Shown here: in pieces, positions 32,856 through 40,217 of the stretch
Layout: every line of letters starts with the position of its first letter
Numbering within the stretch: the first letter of the stretch is position 1
Virus record (IMG/VR): IMGVR_UViG_3300045988_064400
Span: 1-46,872 of that record
Source of the DNA: a virus
DNA length: 46,872 nucleotides
Reading direction: 5' to 3' (one strand)
Notes under the pieces: model-generated
Told to the model about the DNA's origin: nothing
The model's database searches: none
The model's input: the letters and a program-made list of their open reading frames with translations, nothing else
Made by a program: the position numbers and the translations under genes

Positions 32856-33376
32856 ATTGCTTCCTCTACTTTCTTTTTTGCCCTGCTTAATAGTCTGGAT
32901 ACTCCAGCTTGAGATATTCCTATTATGCTAGCTATCTCAGCTTGATTCATTCCTTGATAGCGCAACTTACAAACAGTCAATTCTCTTTCATCTAATATAT
33001 CTTCTAAATCAAATAATATTAAACTATCTTCTAAATATTCTGTTCCAAGCATATCATCAAGGCACAATGAATCTCCATCTCTTTCATACACCTCCTGGTC
33101 AAGGCTTATAGTATATGAAGATATTTTTCTTTTATCACATTGGGCTAATCTAAAATATGTTTTCACAACATTAGTAAGAACGGCACTAGCATATGTATTA
33201 AATTTCACTCCACTGTCTTTATTATAAGACAATGCCGCTCTACATAATCCCAAAGCTAACTCTCCATACTCTTCATTTGGATTATACCCCCTACCGATAT
33301 ATTTTGAACCAATATACCAAATAAGTCCTTCATTATCCTCAACTAACTTTCTTTGTTCATCGTTTAATTTTTTCAT
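32852..33376 (-). CDS. Sigma-70 family RNA polymerase sigma factor
   Basis: 174 aa. Region 2 'EEYGELALGLCRAALSYNKDSGVKFNTYASAVLTN'; region 4 'LRYQGMNQAEIASIIGISQAGVSRLLSRAKKKV'. Its stop overlaps the mazF start (ATGA). Confidence 0.8.
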   Translation of the reverse strand: MKKLNDEQRKLVEDNEGLIWYIGSKYIGRGYNPNEEYGELALGLCRAALSYNKDSGVKFNTYASAVLTNVVKTYFRLAQCDKRKISSYTISLDQEVYERDGDSLCLDDMLGTEYLEDSLILFDLEDILDERELTVCKLRYQGMNQAEIASIIGISQAGVSRLLSRAKKKVEEAI

Positions 33377-33378
33377 AA

Positions 33379-33756
33379 TTATTTCTCCTTTGCTTTTTCA
33401 AAATTTTTTATAGCTGATTTGATAACCCAACCAGTCCAGCTTATATCATCTTTTTCCAGTTCCATATAATACATTCCACGAGTTTCTTTTATAACTCCCC
33501 CTTGCATAGTGCATAAAGGCATTGGATGTCCATTATTCCATTTATCTTGGAAATCAAATGTAGTTGTTGCAGGTTCTGTCATATATTTTTTGACAGTGAT
33601 TTTATATGACTTTCCTACTTCCATTTTATTTGATTCCATATGCTTTACAGCATAAGTTACTCCGCAATGTCTTGCTGGAAGGGTAAACTCAAATGGTTTA
33701 CCCTCTTCAAATTCCTGTTCACTATATCTATGTATTTGACTAAATATTTGTTTCAC
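33379..33756 (-). CDS. Hypothetical protein
   Basis: 125-aa ORF, RBS aggagggg. Confidence 0.55.
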   Translation of the reverse strand: MKQIFSQIHRYSEQEFEEGKPFEFTLPARHCGVTYAVKHMESNKMEVGKSYKITVKKYMTEPATTTFDFQDKWNNGHPMPLCTMQGGVIKETRGMYYMELEKDDISWTGWVIKSAIKNFEKAKEK

Positions 33757-33771
33757 TATTTCCCCTCCTTA

Positions 33772-34008
33772 CTAGTTGCTGTAGAGCGGAGCATAGCACT
33801 CTTTGAGATCATCTAATATCTTAGCCTGTCCCCCTTCTTCCTCGATCTCATCACTGGTAAAGGTTACATCCTCAATTATTTTTTGCTCAATTGTTGCAAA
33901 TCCATCAGCATCAATTACATCGTACATTGCTCTAACTATATACCGTATAGTACAAGCAAATCCGTCTACCTCTGTGTCTAAAACATTTTTAATAAATTGT
34001 TTTCTCAT
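33772..34008 (-). CDS. Small acidic hypothetical protein (first gene after cassette promoter 4)
   Basis: 78 aa, D/E-rich ('TSDEIEEEGG'), RBS aaggaggt. Confidence 0.55.
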   Translation of the reverse strand: MRKQFIKNVLDTEVDGFACTIRYIVRAMYDVIDADGFATIEQKIIEDVTFTSDEIEEEGGQAKILDDLKECYAPLYSN

Positions 34009-34052
34009 AACTTTGTACCTCCTTGTTTTATGTATTTCTTATTTACAAATAT

Positions 34053-34081
34053 ATTGTAATACATAAAAAGAAAAATGTCAA
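34053..34081 (-). promoter_or_regulatory. Early promoter cassette copy 4 (TTGACA-N17-TACAAT)
   Basis: attgta at 34053-34058 and tgtcaa at 34076-34081 with a 17-nt spacer. Conserved flanks at 34030-34084. Confidence 0.7.
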
Positions 34082-34101
34082 GTGATTTTTTGAAAATTTT
34101 T

Positions 34102-34131
34102 ATAAAAAAGTGGTGAGAATAAACTCACCAC
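34102..34131 (-). terminator. Rho-independent terminator after the HolA-like gene
   Basis: Stem gtggtgag (34110-34117) pairs with ctcaccac (34124-34131), 6-nt loop. TTTTTT follows on the minus strand. Confidence 0.7.
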
Positions 34132-34139
34132 AATAAGAA

Positions 34140-35090
34140 TTAAGCCAGACATTTCAGAATTAAATAATCCAATGATATATCTTCATCAATCTTTCCCATC
34201 TTAATTCCGGATTCTATTTCTTGACAAAGTAACATATTTCTTTTTACTTCTTCAATATTGTAACCGCCAACATTCTTAGTGCATCCCCATAACTCTCCTT
34301 TTGTCATTCCAGTTCTTTCCATCGCTCCTTGTTTATTTTTACCAAGTCCTTGATATGCAAGTAAATTTCTAAATCCATTGTAAAGTATAGAAGCTATCAT
34401 CATTGCAGGTTCACCTTTTCGTTTTGCTTCATCTAGTTTCTGTATAGCTTTTTCTGGATATCCACCTAAAACTGCGTTAGTTAATTCAAAAGTGATATCT
34501 CCAATTTCTTTATGAAAGATCCCTTGTTTATCTAACTCTTCAAAGCATTTATCTTCATTCTTTGATTTAATAAACTTCATATACTGTTTGACTTTATCAA
34601 TTTCAAACAATATTCTACCATAATCATTATTGCAATAGCCAATCAACTTGCTTATATTTTCGTCACTTAAATCGGGTAAATCGCATTGAATGTATTGTTG
34701 TAACACTTCACCGCTTAAATGCGAAAATTGAACGCAATTTTGTTTATTCTTCTTGTAGAAAGACTCCTTCCTGCTGAGAGTATTATATCTTAGAATTAAA
34801 TAATCTTTTGAATTATTGAATTGTTTTTTAATAATCTCCCATGCATCTGAATTTTTAGAAAATGTAAAATCATCTATCACTGTGAATATTCTACATCTTT
34901 TATCAAGGGTTTTTCTTCTTGTTATATTCAACACAGACTGAACACTCTCACAGGGAATATAAGTATGCTTAATGGAATTTCGTATTTGCTGAATATACTC
35001 GTCAATGATTTTTTGTTCTTCACCAAAAAATATCAAATAATGTGGAATATTAAATGATGATACTTTTTCCATCAAATCACGCAGTTCCAT
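34140..35090 (-). CDS. holA: DNA polymerase III delta subunit (HolA)-like clamp-loader component
   Basis: About 316 aa from the ATG at 35090 (gggaggg RBS; the track start is 35108). 'YLIFFGEEQKIIDEYIQQI' resembles the HolA N-terminus. It lies in an operon with DnaX- and HolB-like genes. Confidence 0.6.
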   Translation of the reverse strand: MELRDLMEKVSSFNIPHYLIFFGEEQKIIDEYIQQIRNSIKHTYIPCESVQSVLNITRRKTLDKRCRIFTVIDDFTFSKNSDAWEIIKKQFNNSKDYLILRYNTLSRKESFYKKNKQNCVQFSHLSGEVLQQYIQCDLPDLSDENISKLIGYCNNDYGRILFEIDKVKQYMKFIKSKNEDKCFEELDKQGIFHKEIGDITFELTNAVLGGYPEKAIQKLDEAKRKGEPAMMIASILYNGFRNLLAYQGLGKNKQGAMERTGMTKGELWGCTKNVGGYNIEEVKRNMLLCQEIESGIKMGKIDEDISLDYLILKCLA

Positions 35091-35240
35091 TTTTATCCCT
35101 CCCATCATCTATCAGCTTTATAGCAGATAAATCAATACCACAATTATTAAGTTTACCTATTACCACATCCCAATCTTTGCACCATTTAATAAACTCGTCT
35201 CTTTTCCATCCAGATGGAATCACTCTTTCTTCATAAGGCT

Positions 35241-35588
35241 TCAAAATAAAGCACCTCCTAATTTTTTAATTTTTTGCTTTTCTATTTTTGATTTGTTTAA
35301 GTAATGACAAGCTATATTCATTAAATATTCCTTATCATGCTCATTTAATCTATCATATAGATCAAAACCTGTTGTGCCGTCAAAATCGTACATCGCATAT
35401 CCATATTGTGTTTTTTGGATATCTATATCCTTTTGTAATTCAACTAATTGGTAGCTTAATTCGTCATATTCTTTATCAGATAATTTTGGAGAATCTAACT
35501 CATAATATGCTATTGCGTTTAATATGATTTTCCTTTGGAGAAAATTAACACATTCCAATTTAGTCCATCTTCTCGGAAATTTCTGCAT
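35241..35588 (-). CDS. Stand-alone protein resembling the NAD-dependent DNA ligase (LigA) N-terminal Ia domain
   Basis: 115 aa. 'ILNAIAYYELDSPKLSDKEYDELSYQLVELQK' matches the LigA pattern 'H..YY..D.P.ISD.EYD.L...L..LE' by eye. Confidence 0.4.
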   Translation of the reverse strand: MQKFPRRWTKLECVNFLQRKIILNAIAYYELDSPKLSDKEYDELSYQLVELQKDIDIQKTQYGYAMYDFDGTTGFDLYDRLNEHDKEYLMNIACHYLNKSKIEKQKIKKLGGALF

Positions 35589-35745
35589 TATTTTTCTCCT
35601 TCATTTCTGCATTATTTTTCTCCTTCATTTCCGCAATATAGATTTTTGTAGCACAATCTAATAGCTTTTCGCTTAAGCTTACAGTCTCCGTAAATCTCTT
35701 ATTACAAGACCTTAGTAACATTACCATAATTTCATCAAATTCCAT
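35560..35745 (-). CDS. Hypothetical small protein whose C-terminus is encoded by the tandem duplication
   Basis: 61 aa ending 'AEMKEKNNAEMKEKNNAEISEKMD'. Confidence 0.45.
   Translation of the reverse strand: MEFDEIMVMLLRSCNKRFTETVSLSEKLLDCATKIYIAEMKEKNNAEMKEKNNAEISEKMD
35579..35631. repeat. 24-bp tandem duplication (2.2 copies) spanning the RBS and start codon of 35241..35588
   Basis: atttctgcattatttttctccttc occurs at 35579-35602 and 35603-35626, plus a partial copy. On the minus strand each unit reads GAAGGAGAAAAATAATGCAGAAAT. Confidence 0.9.
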
Positions 35746-36526
35746 TTTTTAATCCCTCCATAATCTTAATAAGCATTGATTCAATGCTAGCTTTTTTATT
35801 GATACTGCTTCTTTGCAACTCTTGTCTGCATGAACAGATATCTTTTATGATACATAAAGAAAGAGAACAGAATCCATAAGAATCATATAATTTCTGTTCA
35901 AATATCCTCATAAAAATCAAACAATCTACTTTATCTTCGTCAGTCTTTTTAGCCTTTAACTGTGTAGTTGCTTTCAACAATTTAGTACCACTTCTAGTCC
36001 TAAATGCTTCAAGCACATCATCCACACATTTCTCTGCTTGAAGAACCTTGTCCTTTGGTGTATTTAGGAGACCTATATTGGTGCAGTATTTTAATAGAGT
36101 TTCGTCCATTGTTACTTTTTGTAAATCTTGAATAGTATAAGGCTCCATTTTAAGAATAGTTCCTCTACTTCTAATCGTGCCTAACATATTATCTACATTC
36201 TGGACCGTCATTATAAAATAAGCGTTATTCGGCGGTTCTTCCACAACTTTAAGAAGTGCGTTTTTTGCTTCATTTTTCATATCATCCGCATTTCTAAAAA
36301 TATAGCAAGTAGGTTCTGTAATAGTATAAGCATTTTCTATTGTTTCCCGGACTTCTGCAATACTGTTTCCCATGATTATTCCTTTTGCGTTTATCATTTT
36401 TATAATGACTTTTGCAAGGGTTAATCTTCCACTACCAATATCTCCTGAAATTATAATGAATCTAGGTACTGACTTATTGCACCGCCACTGAATAAGAGTA
36501 TCTATATTATTTTTCTGTCCAATCAT
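35735..36526 (-). CDS. holB: DNA polymerase III delta-prime (HolB)-like AAA+ clamp-loader subunit
   Basis: Trimmed to the ATG at 36526 (ggaggtg RBS). 'IIISGDIGSGRLTLA', 'NALLKVVEEPPNNAYFIM', 'TIRSRG'. Confidence 0.7.
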   Translation of the reverse strand: MIGQKNNIDTLIQWRCNKSVPRFIIISGDIGSGRLTLAKVIIKMINAKGIIMGNSIAEVRETIENAYTITEPTCYIFRNADDMKNEAKNALLKVVEEPPNNAYFIMTVQNVDNMLGTIRSRGTILKMEPYTIQDLQKVTMDETLLKYCTNIGLLNTPKDKVLQAEKCVDDVLEAFRTRSGTKLLKATTQLKAKKTDEDKVDCLIFMRIFEQKLYDSYGFCSLSLCIIKDICSCRQELQRSSINKKASIESMLIKIMEGLKNGI

Positions 36527-36722
36527 ATAGCACCTCCAGTTCGTAGCAATATAACTGATGAATAACACTACGATTATACTTGCTTCTAGGTAGTTTTGGA
36601 TTATATTTTTCCAAAGGGCAGCAATATGGAACTGGGTGCTCTTCCAAAACCACTACTAACTCGCCTTTTGAAAAGTTATCATCCGTATCAGTCAACACTT
36701 TGCAAACTTTTCCTTTCAACAT
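36507..36722 (-). CDS. Hypothetical small protein
   Basis: 71-aa ORF between the dnaX-like and holB-like genes. Confidence 0.45.
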   Translation of the reverse strand: MLKGKVCKVLTDTDDNFSKGELVVVLEEHPVPYCCPLEKYNPKLPRSKYNRSVIHQLYCYELEVLYDWTEK

Positions 36723-36723
36723 A

Positions 36724-37824
36724 CTAATCCTCCTTTCCGCAATAAATCAAAATAGATAATTCAATCAATGTCTTTGGTTCGTTTTCCCACTTAATCTGAC
36801 TATTCAACATAAGTACAAAATCCATTACATTATAAACTTCTGTGGACAAAGATTTAAACTCTGATAGCTTATCAATATTTTCTTGTGTACTTGGTATATT
36901 GATATAATCAGTTGACTCATAAATTAGATATTTTTCAACTTCTAAAATGAATTTGGCAAAGTCTTTCATAAACTGTTTTACATCTTTACCGCAGTTATAA
37001 ACATTTTCAATTGTTGTTATGCTCATTTTTCCTTTGTTGCACAACCTATCTAAAAAATCAAAGAATGTGCTATAATCTTCACTTCCTATTGTTTTCAATA
37101 CATTTTCCAACGTCACATCATGAGATAATGAAAGACATTTATCAAGAAGTGTAATAGCATCACGCATTCCTCCAGATGAGACCTTTGCTATATATTCCAA
37201 AGCATCTTCATCACAGTCTATACAGTCAATATCTTCGTGCTTAGCCCATTCTATATCATTGATGGCATCCTGTGAACCTCCGGCAGCTTCTATCATTTCT
37301 CTATTTTCCTCTGCAATTATACCATTTAATCTTTTCACAATTCCCTCATTACTTATCTTTTGGAAATTGTATCTTTGAACTCTTGATAAAATCGTATTAG
37401 GAATTTTCTGTGGATCCGTTGTGCAAAAAATGAAAATCGTAAATTTTGGGGGTTCTTCAAGTGTCTTTAATAATGCCTGCCATGCTCCATTTGATAACGA
37501 ATGACATTCATCCACAATGAATATCTTATATTCTGCATCAAGCGGTTTTCTTTTAGCATCTTCAATAATCTGTCTAATATTATCCACCCCACTATTACTT
37601 GCGGCGTCTACTTCAATAGGATTTCCTTTTCCAACATTTATCATATTCGCAAAAATTCTTGCTGATGTTGTCTTACCTGTTCCAGCTGGACCGGTAAATA
37701 AGTAACCATGTTGAAAAGTCTTTGTTTTAACCTGATTTTCTAAAATTTCTTTTATTGCTGACTGCTCAGTTAACGAATAAAAATAAGTTGGTCTATATTT
37801 TACTGCTAATGATTGGTTTGCCAT
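36724..37824 (-). CDS. dnaX: DNA polymerase III gamma/tau (DnaX)-like clamp-loader ATPase
   Basis: 366 aa. 'KYRPTYF', Walker A 'GPAGTGKTT', 'IFIVDECHSLS', 'ALLKTLEEPP', 'TILSRVQRYNF'. Confidence 0.85.
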   Translation of the reverse strand: MANQSLAVKYRPTYFYSLTEQSAIKEILENQVKTKTFQHGYLFTGPAGTGKTTSARIFANMINVGKGNPIEVDAASNSGVDNIRQIIEDAKRKPLDAEYKIFIVDECHSLSNGAWQALLKTLEEPPKFTIFIFCTTDPQKIPNTILSRVQRYNFQKISNEGIVKRLNGIIAEENREMIEAAGGSQDAINDIEWAKHEDIDCIDCDEDALEYIAKVSSGGMRDAITLLDKCLSLSHDVTLENVLKTIGSEDYSTFFDFLDRLCNKGKMSITTIENVYNCGKDVKQFMKDFAKFILEVEKYLIYESTDYINIPSTQENIDKLSEFKSLSTEVYNVMDFVLMLNSQIKWENEPKTLIELSILIYCGKED

Positions 37825-37858
37825 TAGATATCTCCATCCTTTCTATTATATGATTCAT

Positions 37859-38509
37859 TTATTTTTCTTTTATCATCATTATTTTTTCCGCATTATGCGT
37901 GATTAAATCACTCAGTGGAAGCTTTTCAATCCATTTGCAGAACTCTTTCCATTCATCCAATTTATGATTTTTCCTTGAGTGATACATATTAGCTAATACT
38001 TCATAATTCAACATAACATTTCTTGTTTGATTATATGATGATGGAAGTGACTGTATCATCTGCCACCAATAAGCCTTGTCTTTTGTTTTGATGAATTTTT
38101 CCCTTGCAGAATTCAAATATTTAATAGCTGTAACAAGGGGATAATTAAAATTCACATCATAACTTGGTGCTATATTCAATAAATCTAAATGTTCACAGCT
38201 GAAATCTTCTTTAGTAAACTCTTTATCAGCAATCTTATGCATGGTACTGCAAGAGTTTGAAACAGTACCGACCTTGTATTGGTCGAATTCTTTCCACCAG
38301 TTAATGACCGGAGTCATTATCATAGTTTCAAAATCTGCATTTGAATCATTGATCTCAGAATCTAATACAATATGCTTATAAATAGGCTCAGTACAACCGA
38401 AGTCTAATGTAGTATTATATATTCGTATTTGCCATCCACCACCATATCTACCAATATGTTGAAGTTTAAAACATAAATGATCGTGTTCTTCAAAAAATTC
38501 TTTAATCAT
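37859..38509 (-). CDS. Hypothetical protein; possible divergent ThyX-like fold lacking the RHR motif
   Basis: 216 aa. The C-terminal 'SLPSSYNQTRNVMLNYEVLANMYHSRKNHKLDEWKEF' resembles the ThyX C-terminal pattern. The expected RHRxxS position reads 'WWKEFDQY'. Confidence 0.3.
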   Translation of the reverse strand: MIKEFFEEHDHLCFKLQHIGRYGGGWQIRIYNTTLDFGCTEPIYKHIVLDSEINDSNADFETMIMTPVINWWKEFDQYKVGTVSNSCSTMHKIADKEFTKEDFSCEHLDLLNIAPSYDVNFNYPLVTAIKYLNSAREKFIKTKDKAYWWQMIQSLPSSYNQTRNVMLNYEVLANMYHSRKNHKLDEWKEFCKWIEKLPLSDLITHNAEKIMMIKEK

Positions 38510-38837
38510 TGTCTTCCTCCTTATATCTTAAATATTCAATAAATTCTTTCTCGGATAAAACATAATAATTCTGTTGCTTATCTGGGTCAAATGTAAAAGC
38601 TAAAGCACAACATTCTTTTCCTTGTTCATATGCTTGTTCTCTCATTTTAGTTATCCACTCTTTTTTAATTGTAAAAGAGGTTTGTTCTTTTGTTGGTGTT
38701 TTTGCTTCTATAAAGAACTTATCTGTATGAACATCACCCCCTCCGAACTTTGTTCCACCGGAATTGCTTTGTACTTTTCCTCCGGTTACTTTTGCTATAT
38801 GCTTTTCCTGTTTATCTGAATAATCTCTAGTTGCCAA
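38502..38837 (-). CDS. PD-(D/E)XK nuclease-like protein (resolvase/Hjc-like)
   Basis: 111 aa. 'GGGDVHTDKFFIEAKT' gives a D...E-x-K arrangement. Confidence 0.45.
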   Translation of the reverse strand: MATRDYSDKQEKHIAKVTGGKVQSNSGGTKFGGGDVHTDKFFIEAKTPTKEQTSFTIKKEWITKMREQAYEQGKECCALAFTFDPDKQQNYYVLSEKEFIEYLRYKEEDND

Positions 38838-39036
38838 AATGATACACCTTCCCTTCTATAGAAGTAGCATCTATTGGAAATTCTTCGTTAGAACTATAAA
38901 CTGACATATAATCATTACCATCATCCATAATGAACATGGTTAAATTACTTGTATCGCTTTTATTGTATTCTTTAGCAATAGCTTTTATTTCTTTTAATTT
39001 TTGTAAAATTAGCGTTTCACACGATTCTCTGTTCAT
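38827..39036 (-). CDS. Hypothetical protein
   Basis: 69-aa ORF, packed in the operon. Confidence 0.5.
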   Translation of the reverse strand: MNRESCETLILQKLKEIKAIAKEYNKSDTSNLTMFIMDDGNDYMSVYSSNEEFPIDATSIEGKVYHFGN

Positions 39037-39049
39037 TTTATATTTCCTC

Positions 39050-39241
39050 CTAGAATATTAAATTCTTTCCAAATTGTATTGATTGTAATACTGGGTCATT
39101 ATAATGACATGATACTTCCGTAATCACTGCAATTACATAGTTGTCTTTCATAACATCATCATCTGGGAATGTTTTGTTTATAGCTTCAATCAATTCTTTT
39201 TTTGTTACTCTTCTCATAGAGTTACTTCCGATGCGTTCCAT
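39050..39241 (-). CDS. Hypothetical protein
   Basis: 63-aa ORF, RBS taggagga. Confidence 0.5.
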   Translation of the reverse strand: MERIGSNSMRRVTKKELIEAINKTFPDDDVMKDNYVIAVITEVSCHYNDPVLQSIQFGKNLIF

Positions 39242-39271
39242 TTTATATTTCCTCCTATTAAATATACTTTT

Positions 39272-39541
39272 TCATTTACTCACCGCTTCTACTTGGTCTT
39301 GTGAGAAGAATGCTGACTCTTTCAAGAAATATCTTCCATTATCAACTTCTTCCTTTTCCCCATCTTCGTTTTCTACTTTTTTGATAGACCGTTTCCACAC
39401 GGAAATTCTATGCTTTGATTTTTCTCCTTTCTTTACTTGATACCCTAGTTTCTTCCATTGTGCATATGTATGTAGCACAATTTTATTTGGGTCTAACTGG
39501 TTCATTCGCATATATCCTAATATAATAGCGGTGTTTGTCAT
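39272..39541 (-). CDS. ArdC-N-terminal-like ssDNA-binding domain protein
   Basis: 89 aa. 'HTYAQWKKLGYQVKKGEKSKHRISVWK' resembles the ArdC_N/DUF1738 core, from memory. Confidence 0.45.
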   Translation of the reverse strand: MTNTAIILGYMRMNQLDPNKIVLHTYAQWKKLGYQVKKGEKSKHRISVWKRSIKKVENEDGEKEEVDNGRYFLKESAFFSQDQVEAVSK

Positions 39542-39559
39542 AATATGTATCCTCCTAAC

Positions 39560-39706
39560 CTAGATATTTTTAGCTACGATTTTCACACATTCTTCATATG
39601 ACATTCCATATGCTACCATCGTCGTTGCTAAGTCCTTAGCCTTCTCAAATGTTTCTTCATCTAAATCTAAGCTTAATAAATATTTGTTAAAATCTGTTCT
39701 TGTCAT
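39560..39706 (-). CDS. Small 48-aa protein, not in the track (first gene after cassette promoter 5)
   Basis: My translation is MTRTDFNKYLLSLDLDEETFEKAKDLATTMVAYGMSYEECVKIVAKNI. It fills the 39542-39755 gap. The RBS (aaagg) is weak. Confidence 0.45.
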   Translation of the reverse strand: MTRTDFNKYLLSLDLDEETFEKAKDLATTMVAYGMSYEECVKIVAKNI

Positions 39707-39755
39707 ATCCTTTTACCTTTCACCAAATGGTTTCCTTTCTTTATCTTATGTATAT

Positions 39756-39784
39756 ATTGTAATACATAAAAAGGTAATTGTCAA
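39756..39784 (-). promoter_or_regulatory. Early promoter cassette copy 5 (TTGACA-N17-TACAAT; downstream half diverged)
   Basis: attgta at 39756-39761 and tgtcaa at 39779-39784 with a 17-nt spacer. The upstream near-palindrome at 39788-39810 is present. Confidence 0.65.
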
Positions 39785-39803
39785 GTATTTTTTGAAAATT
39801 TTT

Positions 39804-39835
39804 CAAAAAATACCACTAAGAAAATTCCTAGTGGT
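39804..39835 (-). terminator. Terminator ending the first early unit
   Basis: Stem accacta (39812-39818) pairs with tagtggt (39829-39835). ATTTTTTG follows on the minus strand. Confidence 0.5.
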
Positions 39836-39841
39836 TTTAGT

Positions 39842-40192
39842 TTACTTTTTATACTTATAATAAGCGCTTTTCTTTCCTGCTCTACTTATTAAGTCTGATT
39901 CTATATCATTTATAACTTTTTGTGCTTTTTTATAATCTTTGTTCATTAAGTGCGTTGTTAAATTATCTGATTTATCATAAAAAAGATAGTCTTGTGAGTA
40001 CCTCTCACTGGCAAATCGTATTGAGGCATCGGATTCATTGTAGAATAACCTTGTTGTTTCAGGTAACGCTTTTACATCACCATTTTTAACGCTTTTATAC
40101 AACAGTCCTGCTTGCATTTTTGATATTTGACCTCTAACTCTAGATTCGTATTTCTGCTTTATCTTTCTGCTTGCTGAACTTCTTCCTCCCAT
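39842..40192 (-). CDS. Hypothetical basic protein with an 'MGGRSS' N-terminus
   Basis: 116 aa. Its 5' end and RBS (40175-40210) are nearly identical to those of the upstream gene (40707-40740). Confidence 0.6.
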   Translation of the reverse strand: MGGRSSASRKIKQKYESRVRGQISKMQAGLLYKSVKNGDVKALPETTRLFYNESDASIRFASERYSQDYLFYDKSDNLTTHLMNKDYKKAQKVINDIESDLISRAGKKSAYYKYKK

Positions 40193-40217
40193 ATTTTAAT
40201 CAACTCCTTTCGGCATA

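Noticed and set aside
35077-35223. A GTG-initiated 48-aa ORF in the gap between 35241..35588 and the HolA-like gene.
   Set aside because: The only purine-rich stretch abuts the GTG with essentially no spacing, and there is no ATG alternative in frame. The evidence is too weak to call.
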